This document shows positions 57,549-64,000 of a stretch of DNA of 64,000 nucleotides, piece by piece. Position 1 is the stretch's first letter; each line of letters starts with the position of its first letter. The translations under genes and the position numbers were made by a program. The stretch covers positions 10,124 through 74,123 of the forward strand of contig CANQHQ010000002.1 of the NCBI GenBank assembly GCA_947623825.1. The letters are read 5' to 3'. The notes below the pieces were generated by a model. The model worked only from the letters and a program-made list of their open reading frames with translations, was not told the origin of the DNA and made no database searches. This stretch comes from an uncultured Bacilli bacterium. GTDB lineage: Bacteria > Bacillota_I > Bacilli_A > RF39 > UBA660.

Positions 57549-57676
57549 TCTCTGTCAATTTTTTACTTTTTCTCTTGTCAATTTACGTGTCTAATTTTGT
57601 CATTTCTTTGTCAAATGATTCGGAAGGAGTAGAGAAACTTCTTTGAGTTATGATACGATAATTCTAGGTGAATCAT

Positions 57677-58243
57677 ATGAGTGACGTAATGGATGAATTA
57701 ATCGATATATTGGCAGAGGATGGTACTCCTACGGGACAGGCCGCTACCAAGTATGAGATTTATCAACATGGCTATTGGCATCGTTCTGTTCATGTGTGGA
57801 TTATCAATGAACATCAGGAATTATTGGTTCAAAAAAGAAATCCTCATAAGAAGACTTATCCCAATTTGTGGGCGATTTCTTCGGCGGGGCATGTTCTTAC
57901 TGGAGAAACGAGTGCACAGGCCGCAGTGCGAGAGTTAAAAGAAGAGTTAGATATCGATGTGTCCGAGGGGGAACTCGAATTTTTGTTTACAGTAAAACGA
58001 GAACAGGAGGCTGGCGAATCTCACCTTCGTGTGATTGATGATGTGTACCTTCTTCATCGAAATTTGGATGTAGACCAAACCAAAGTACAAGTAGAGGAAT
58101 TGACGGATGTCAAATATGTATATTACGAATATTTAGAATCTATTTTTAAAAATGGCGATCCTTCCTACGTACCTTACTGTGAAGAGCATAAGAAATTATT
58201 TCGTTTATTAGAAGATCGTTATCATCCGATTGAAATTATTTAA
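57677..58243 (+). CDS. NUDIX hydrolase.
   Basis: Nudix box GHVLTGETSAQAAVRELKEELDI (Gx5Ex7REUxEExGU). Confidence 0.7.
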   Translation: MSDVMDELIDILAEDGTPTGQAATKYEIYQHGYWHRSVHVWIINEHQELLVQKRNPHKKTYPNLWAISSAGHVLTGETSAQAAVRELKEELDIDVSEGELEFLFTVKREQEAGESHLRVIDDVYLLHRNLDVDQTKVQVEELTDVKYVYYEYLESIFKNGDPSYVPYCEEHKKLFRLLEDRYHPIEII

Positions 58244-58467
58244 TCTCATCCGTAGATGGGATTTTTTTATGGAAGTTAATTTTCTTTGTAGAGGAGGTTC
58301 GTGTAAAGGGTTTTGGGGAAAATGAAATTTGGAGAAAGTGAAATTTATAATAAATTTTCTTTTCTTTTTTTATTACAAATAAGATTTATAAAGTGATTAA
58401 GAACCCGGTTTTTTTTGACAAATGAAGAAAAATATGATAAAATAAGCGACGGAAATGAGGGAGAGGT

Positions 58468-59331
58468 ATGGAAAAAGTGACACATTTACAAATCTTTTCC
58501 AGTACAATTCTCGATGGAAATATGAATACGAATGCGAAGTTTTTTGAACCAGGGTTAACCAAAGAACAGATTCGAGCGCAATTTAACCAACACCGAATTC
58601 AATTGGGAAAGCAATATGGGTTTGATGGGATGCATATTTTGACACCGATTCAAAAAGTTCTTCCTTCTTTGGATGGTCTTTCTAAAGAAGCAGCGGAACA
58701 GGCGATGAAAACATACGAGTCTATGTATCCAGATGGTTCTTATGTCCGTATTACAAGGGAAAGATTGGAACAGGTTACTGATCTTTACGATTTGGATATT
58801 TATTCTGATATCTTGATGATTGGGAAAGAGTTACCTGGTATCGTTCTTGCTTATCCAGTAGCGGATTGTCCTGTTGTTTTGGTGGAGGATACCAAACAAG
58901 GTGTCGTTTCGATGGCTCATTGTGGTGCAGAATACATTGATCGTGGACTTCCTGGACAGATGGTCGATTCTTTAAGGGAAGAAGTGGATAGTAAACCATG
59001 TGACATTCGGGTTTTTATTGGACCTCATATCCAAAAAGAAAGTTATATCTATGATGGGTTTCCTAAATTTATTCGTCATCCCGATGCTTGGGGTTCATGT
59101 ATTACGGAATTTCGCGGAATGATTCATATTGATATGACCAGTGCCATTCTAAAACAAATGGCTCTTCGGGGGATTTCAATGGAGAAAATCGAATGTTCTT
59201 CTATTGATACGTATCGTGATGCGAGATACTATTCTCATCGGGCTTCTTCGGTTCTTCAGGAGCCGGAAGGAAGATTTTATACAGGATGTTTTTATCAGGA
59301 AGAAGAAAAAGTGATGTGTAAGAATCGATAA
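58468..59331 (+). CDS. YfiH/PgeF-like (DUF152, laccase-domain) protein.
   Basis: YPVADCPVVLVED....VSMAHCGAEY resembles the DUF152 His/Cys/His motifs. Confidence 0.45.
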   Translation: MEKVTHLQIFSSTILDGNMNTNAKFFEPGLTKEQIRAQFNQHRIQLGKQYGFDGMHILTPIQKVLPSLDGLSKEAAEQAMKTYESMYPDGSYVRITRERLEQVTDLYDLDIYSDILMIGKELPGIVLAYPVADCPVVLVEDTKQGVVSMAHCGAEYIDRGLPGQMVDSLREEVDSKPCDIRVFIGPHIQKESYIYDGFPKFIRHPDAWGSCITEFRGMIHIDMTSAILKQMALRGISMEKIECSSIDTYRDARYYSHRASSVLQEPEGRFYTGCFYQEEEKVMCKNR

Positions 59332-59499
59332 CAATATTGATTTTTTCAGAAACTTACCGATAAATAAAAAGTAAATAAAAAAATTTCGTAAGATGATTTT
59401 TGAAAATGAACGCAATTCTCTTCCACAAACTGTGGTTGAATATTGATAATTTGTGTTTTATATAATATAATGTAATGAGAAATGGTGCATTATTCTAGT

Positions 59500-60020
59500 C
59501 GATAACAATTATTACGAAGACGAGGGTAAAATATCGTTAAAGAGCATATCTGTGAAACATTTGGTGCTTGCTTAGTACGCCCAGTATTGGGTGAGTGCTG
59601 GATGGTAGAAATTATGGGCGCCCATAATGGCATGTGGACCCGACCCATTCTTTCGTGGAGACCTATTCTTGTGGAAATTTTTTTCTACAACTTAGGCTTG
59701 AACCTACTTTGTGGCGAACAGCTATGGGTAGTGTAGCTTGACTTGCGTGATTTGTGGGGATGAAGACAACTTTACTTCAGGTGTACATCTGAGATAAAGT
59801 ATTGCTAACTGAAACATGGATTGCAAAAAAGTATTAGTAATACTTCTGTGTCGCATGAGGAAAACTCCTAGGGTGATATTGATATAGGATTGCAGTGTAT
59901 TCTAAGTGGTAATCAAGTCATAGAATTGGTGACAATCTATTGCTCTCTTTCAAGGGGAACCGCTTACTGGTAACGGTGAGTAGGGAGTAGGGAAATCCAA
60001 CTTGACCTAAGGTACAAAGT
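59500..60020 (+). ncRNA. Candidate structured RNA or long regulatory leader: a GC-enriched, ORF-free segment upstream of the gene at 60065. Its class is not recognised.
   Basis: About 500 nt with clearly higher GC than its surroundings, no ORF of 61 aa or more on either strand, and local hairpins and palindromes (e.g. ATTATGGGCGCCCATAAT at 59611-59628). It does not match the RNase P, tmRNA, SRP RNA or TPP riboswitch consensus sequences I can recall. Confidence 0.25.
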
Positions 60021-60064
60021 TTACTATATGAATTACCATTTCTTATTTTTTATTGGGGTGAAAA

Positions 60065-60661
60065 ATGAAGTCGAAGACTTATAAAGAGAAATATGCCAAA
60101 AAAGCCAAAAAGAAACCAGTAGTGAATCGTAAATTTCGGGATTATCATTGGATTTTTATCGTTACGATTTCTGCTTTTTTTATTTCTTTGTTCTTTTCTT
60201 TTATATCAGAATTAACAATTCCTAATGCGAGTAGTATTCTGGCAACTTTGATTATCATTTGTTTTATTGGAATTGGTATTATTTTTGATATGATTGGAAT
60301 CAGTGTTACCGTCGCTGATCTTCAAACTTTTAATTCTATGGCAACTAAGAAAATACGTGGTGCGCGTCTTGCGGTTCAATTGATTCATCATGCTTCTAGA
60401 ACGTCTAGTTTTTGTAATGATGTAATCGGAGATATTTGTGGAATTATCAGTGGTTCTGCTGGGGTGGCTTTGGCAACCATTCTGTCAAGTACCTTCGGAT
60501 GGAATTTATTTGTTACTTCTCTTTTGATTACAGCCTTGATTGCTGCTTTTACGATTGGAGGGAAGGCTTTAGGAAAGAGTACAGCGATGAATCGAAGTAC
60601 CTATATTTTATATGAATTTTGTAAAGTTGTTTCTCTTTTTTACAGGAAAGACAAGTATTAA
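60065..60661 (+). CDS. Polytopic membrane protein, hypothetical.
   Basis: Basic N-terminus, then 4-5 hydrophobic helices. RBS GGGGTGA. Confidence 0.5.
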   Translation: MKSKTYKEKYAKKAKKKPVVNRKFRDYHWIFIVTISAFFISLFFSFISELTIPNASSILATLIIICFIGIGIIFDMIGISVTVADLQTFNSMATKKIRGARLAVQLIHHASRTSSFCNDVIGDICGIISGSAGVALATILSSTFGWNLFVTSLLITALIAAFTIGGKALGKSTAMNRSTYILYEFCKVVSLFYRKDKY

Positions 60662-60733
60662 AGAAAGGAAAGGATAGTCCTTTACTTCTATTTTAAATTT
60701 TGTTATAATCGATAATAGTTAGGAGAATGAAAC

Positions 60734-61303
60734 ATGAGTAATAAGAGTGTGAAAATTATATTATGTATCGTACTTGGTTTGGTCTTAATTGTATCAGGTA
60801 TCGGTGTATCTGTAGCGATGACTGTGAAAGAAGATCGTCAACAATTACAAGACTTACAAAATGATATTCAAGATAAATATAAAGGATTTAAGAAGGAAGC
60901 GGATTTATTTCCGGAGGCAAGAAAAAATTATCAGACGAATGTAGTGGAAAATTTATATATTGAGGCTGTCACTGAAGAGTATGCAGGTTGGATAGAAGCG
61001 ATAGACGCTTATCGAAAAATAGTGGATGCTGTTCTTGCTGAGGCAGAGCCATTAAAAGATTTATGTATCGAGAAAATTTATCCGGATGTAACAACCAAAA
61101 ATGATTGTGAAGCCTATACCATTAATTATGAAACTGTGATGAATTATTTTGTCAAAGATGTAGAAGCATTCAATGAATTCATGCAGAAATATTATGATGA
61201 ATACGAAGGGGATTCTGAAACATATCCTTTATACCAATTAGAAAAGGAAAAATATCAGTATATTGATATTAATGATGATGGAAAATATATAGGAAAAGAT
61301 TGA
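60734..61303 (+). CDS. Membrane-anchored hypothetical protein.
   Basis: N-terminal TM IILCIVLGLVLIVSGIGVSVAM. RBS AGGAGAA. Confidence 0.5.
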   Translation: MSNKSVKIILCIVLGLVLIVSGIGVSVAMTVKEDRQQLQDLQNDIQDKYKGFKKEADLFPEARKNYQTNVVENLYIEAVTEEYAGWIEAIDAYRKIVDAVLAEAEPLKDLCIEKIYPDVTTKNDCEAYTINYETVMNYFVKDVEAFNEFMQKYYDEYEGDSETYPLYQLEKEKYQYIDINDDGKYIGKD

Positions 61304-61311
61304 GGTAGTGT

Positions 61312-62370
61312 ATGGCAAGTGTGAAAAAGAAAAAGAGATTAAAGGTTAATATTCAAGTAAAAAGAGTTTTTTTACTTCTTTTTTCGTTGTTAATTATGGG
61401 ACTTTCTGCTTCTGCGTTTCTTCTTTATGGACCATGGTCTTGGGTGAGGGAACGTTTGATTACAACGGCGATGACGACGATGTCGCATCAATATTTAGCT
61501 ACGATTTTCTTTGATCAAGATACGATTAATGAAGTGTTAGCGAATAATAAAGTCATTGAAGTCGATGAAGATACGAATCCCGATTTGATTCAACTAGAGG
61601 ATGGACCTACAGGTACCAAATATGCTTCTAAGTATGAGAGAGATATCTTAGAAAGAGAAAATGAGGGAGATTTGTTTAAAGTCATTCGTATTGATGAAAT
61701 GACGTATAAAGGTTACTTAGTAGCGATTTATGATCCTTCCAAAGTAAAACTTGGAGTTACTTCCCGTTTAGGAACGACGGGACAATCGGTTCGTGTAATT
61801 GCGAGAAATAATCAGGCACGTGTCGCAATCAATGCTGGTGGATTCTATGATCCAGATTGGAATAGTAATGGTGCGATTGCCCATGGTACGGTAATTAAAG
61901 ATAGTAAAATTATTTGGGACTACGAAGATGCCAAAGTGGGTGGTGGATTCGTTGGTTTCAATCAAGATAATGTGTTAGTGTTAGCGCGTACAGATAAGTA
62001 TTCTGCTCTTAATAAATATCATCTTCGTGATGCGATTGAATTTGGACCGTTCTTAATTGTAAATGGAAAGGCTTCCTTTGTAAAAGGTGATGGTGGATGG
62101 GGAATCGCTCCTCGTACTGCCATCGGTCAAAGAGCGGACGGAATTGTTTTATTCCTTGTTATCGATGGACGTGGTCACGGTGGAAGTGTTGGTTGTGGAA
62201 TGGTTGAGTTAACGGAAATTATGCAACGTTACGGCGCTGTCAATGCAGCCAATATGGATGGTGGTTCTTCTAGTGGACTCATCATTGATGATGAAATTAT
62301 TAATCACCCAACTGCCGGAGGAGACAATGGTCTTCGTAACCTTCCAACTGCTTGGATTGTTACTGATTAA
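61312..62370 (+). CDS. Phosphodiester glycosidase-family (NAGPA-like) protein with an N-terminal signal anchor.
   Basis: INAGGFYD....AIEFGPFLIVNG....PRTAIGQRADG.VLFLVIDGRG...GM.L.E.......GAVNAANMDGGSSSGL matches the NAGPA/phosphodiester glycosidase family. Confidence 0.65.
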   Translation: MASVKKKKRLKVNIQVKRVFLLLFSLLIMGLSASAFLLYGPWSWVRERLITTAMTTMSHQYLATIFFDQDTINEVLANNKVIEVDEDTNPDLIQLEDGPTGTKYASKYERDILERENEGDLFKVIRIDEMTYKGYLVAIYDPSKVKLGVTSRLGTTGQSVRVIARNNQARVAINAGGFYDPDWNSNGAIAHGTVIKDSKIIWDYEDAKVGGGFVGFNQDNVLVLARTDKYSALNKYHLRDAIEFGPFLIVNGKASFVKGDGGWGIAPRTAIGQRADGIVLFLVIDGRGHGGSVGCGMVELTEIMQRYGAVNAANMDGGSSSGLIIDDEIINHPTAGGDNGLRNLPTAWIVTD

Positions 62371-62501
62371 TTTACAAAAAATGTCGAAATTTCTTTTTTG
62401 ACAAATATAGATAGTAAGAAAAGAAAATATTGGGAAAAGGGGAGACCTTTTTCTTTTTTTTTGACGGGAACTAGGATATAATGAAGTAGAAGGAATGTGA
62501 T

Positions 62502-64000
62502 ATGATGACCTATAGAATTATGGATGGGAATGAGGCTTGTGCAACTGTTTCCTATCAATTTACAGAAGTAGCAGGTATTTACCCCATTACCCCCGCTTCT
62601 CCTATGTCTGAACTTACGGATACTTGGAGTGGGGAGGGCAGAAAGAATTATTTTGGTTCTCCTGTCAAAGTCGTAGAGATGCAATCGGAGGCTGGTGCTG
62701 CAGGAATGGTTCATGGATCATTACAGGCAGGATGTTTGACGACGACCTATACGGCGAGTCAAGGTCTTCTTTTGATGATTCCTAATATGTATAAAATTGC
62801 CGGAGAACTATTGCCTTGTGTGATTCACGTGGCTGCCCGTAGTTTGTCGAGTCATGCTTTATCCATTTTTGGAGATCATCAGGATATTTATGCAGCGCGC
62901 ATGACTGGTTTTGCGATGTTGGCATCTAGTTCTGTTCAACAAGTAATGGATTTGACCGCAGTGGCTCATTTGGCGACGGTTCGAGGACGAGTTCCTTTTC
63001 TTCATTTTTTTGATGGATTTCGTACGAGTCATGAATTAGATAAAGTTCGTGTCATCGATTTAGATGCTTTAAAAGGAATGATAGATGAGAAAGCTTTGGA
63101 GGAATTTCGTGAGCGAAGTTTGAATCCAAGTCATCCTGTCACAAGAGGAACGGCGCAGAATGATGATATTTATTTTCAATCAGTAGAGGTTAGAAATCAG
63201 TATTACGACCAGTTACCTGATGTCGTAATGGACTATATGAAACAAATCAATGAAATAACGGGAGAGGATTATCGTCCCTTTAATTATTATGGAGCCAAAG
63301 ATGCGACGAATGTGATTGTGGCGATGGGTTCCGTATGTGAAACGATTAAAGAAACGATTGATTTTTTGTTAGATCAAGGAGAAAAGGTTGGCTTGATTGA
63401 AGTTCATTTGTATCGTCCTTTCTCTATGAAATATTTTTTAGATGTTCTTCCTGATACCGTTGAAAAAATAGCTGTTTTGGATCGGACCAAGGAATCTGGT
63501 AGTGCCGGAGAACCTTTGTACTTAGATGTCGTTGGGATTATCAATCAAAGTCGGAAGAATATTCAAGTTTTTGGTGGACGTTATGGACTATCTAGTAAGA
63601 ATACCGCTCCGAGAGATATTGCGGGTGTGTATGAATTTTTGAAGAAGAAACCATTCCATAATTTTACGATTGGTATTGTGGATGATGTGACGCATTTGAG
63701 TGTTTCTCCTAAAGAAGTGGAGATGGAAGCAGCGAATGCGGAATTCTTGATTTATGGATATGGTTCGGATGGTATGGTTAGCGCTTGTAAGGATCTCATG
63801 AAAATTACGGGAAATTATAGTAATGCCTATGTTCAAGGATATTTTCAATACGATTCGAAAAAGAGTGGGGGCGTAACGAAATCACATCTTCGCTTTTCGA
63901 AACATCCGATTCGGAGTGCTTATTATGTGGAACATCCTAGTTTGGTTATGTGTACGAAAGAATCTTACTTAGCGAAATATAAGATGTTAGAAGGGATTCG
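62502..64000 (+). CDS. nifJ: Pyruvate:ferredoxin (flavodoxin) oxidoreductase, N-terminal part. It continues beyond the window.
   Basis: MMTYRIMDGNEACATVSYQFTEVAGIYPITPASPMSE..........VVEMQSEAGAAGMVHGSLQAG.LTTTYTASQGLLLMIPNMYKIAGELLP.VIHVAARS is the highly conserved PFOR domain I. The ORF is open to the window end. Confidence 0.85.
   Translation, partial: MMTYRIMDGNEACATVSYQFTEVAGIYPITPASPMSELTDTWSGEGRKNYFGSPVKVVEMQSEAGAAGMVHGSLQAGCLTTTYTASQGLLLMIPNMYKIAGELLPCVIHVAARSLSSHALSIFGDHQDIYAARMTGFAMLASSSVQQVMDLTAVAHLATVRGRVPFLHFFDGFRTSHELDKVRVIDLDALKGMIDEKALEEFRERSLNPSHPVTRGTAQNDDIYFQSVEVRNQYYDQLPDVVMDYMKQINEITGEDYRPFNYYGAKDATNVIVAMGSVCETIKETIDFLLDQGEKVGLIEVHLYRPFSMKYFLDVLPDTVEKIAVLDRTKESGSAGEPLYLDVVGIINQSRKNIQVFGGRYGLSSKNTAPRDIAGVYEFLKKKPFHNFTIGIVDDVTHLSVSPKEVEMEAANAEFLIYGYGSDGMVSACKDLMKITGNYSNAYVQGYFQYDSKKSGGVTKSHLRFSKHPIRSAYYVEHPSLVMCTKESYLAKYKMLEGI

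Noticed and set aside
59500-60020. Possibility that the GC-rich region is RNase P RNA, tmRNA, SRP RNA, 5S rRNA or a TPP riboswitch.
   Set aside because: I could not find the universally conserved blocks by eye: GGAAAGUCC and GGUAAACCCC for RNase P, the GGGG...CCA tRNA-like ends for tmRNA, the SRP domain IV motif, or the CUGAGA and ACCUGAUCUGGAUAAUGCCAGCG pair for TPP. It is kept only as an unclassified candidate.
62461-62482. Apparent TTGACG/TATAAT pair upstream of the PFOR gene.
   Set aside because: The spacer is only 10 nt, so it cannot be a functional -35/-10 pair. The true promoter was not identified.

Overview
The window comes from a low-GC Gram-positive anaerobe. Its gene content and order (rny, rnj, ftsY-ylxM-ffh, rpoZ-recX, pcrA-ligA-gatCAB, ltaS, an LCP gene, a PASTA gene and pyruvate:ferredoxin oxidoreductase) and its roughly 33% GC suggest Bacillota, but the exact lineage cannot be read from the sequence alone. 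A conserved housekeeping backbone is interrupted by three accessory modules.

(1) 436-16297 holds two paralogous giant surface proteins. Each has an N-terminal signal anchor, a vWA domain with a DxSxS MIDAS motif, an array of WDTSxVTxMSxMF repeats (DUF285/BspA-like LRR) and C-terminal CUB-like beta-sandwich repeats. They bracket a cassette of a small membrane protein, two tandem Cys-rich Ig-like (DUF5011-like) membrane proteins and an HExxH membrane protein, with the core rnj gene in between. The second paralog's promoter carries a 9-G homopolymer in its -35/-10 spacer, which makes it a candidate phase-variation switch.

(2) 17854-22995 is a three-gene insertion inside the SRP operon, between ylxM and ffh. 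It comprises two tandem HerA/FtsK-superfamily P-loop ATPases followed by a DUF5684-like membrane protein whose tail is a 72-bp tandem-repeat Pro/Val/Ala-rich region.

(3) About 24710-28110 is a very AT-rich islet between ffh and rpoZ. It encodes a Fic-motif protein and a large serine recombinase, with palindromic sites between them.

Other notable items are a glucosaminidase with a dockerin-type double repeat, a cadherin-like surface protein, a PASTA-only membrane protein, a degenerate GGDEF (DGNEF) sensor protein, and a GC-rich ORF-free segment at about 59500-60020 that could be a structured RNA or leader. No CRISPR array, rRNA or tRNA was recognised. All family assignments rest on motif recognition by eye and need HMM or BLAST confirmation.
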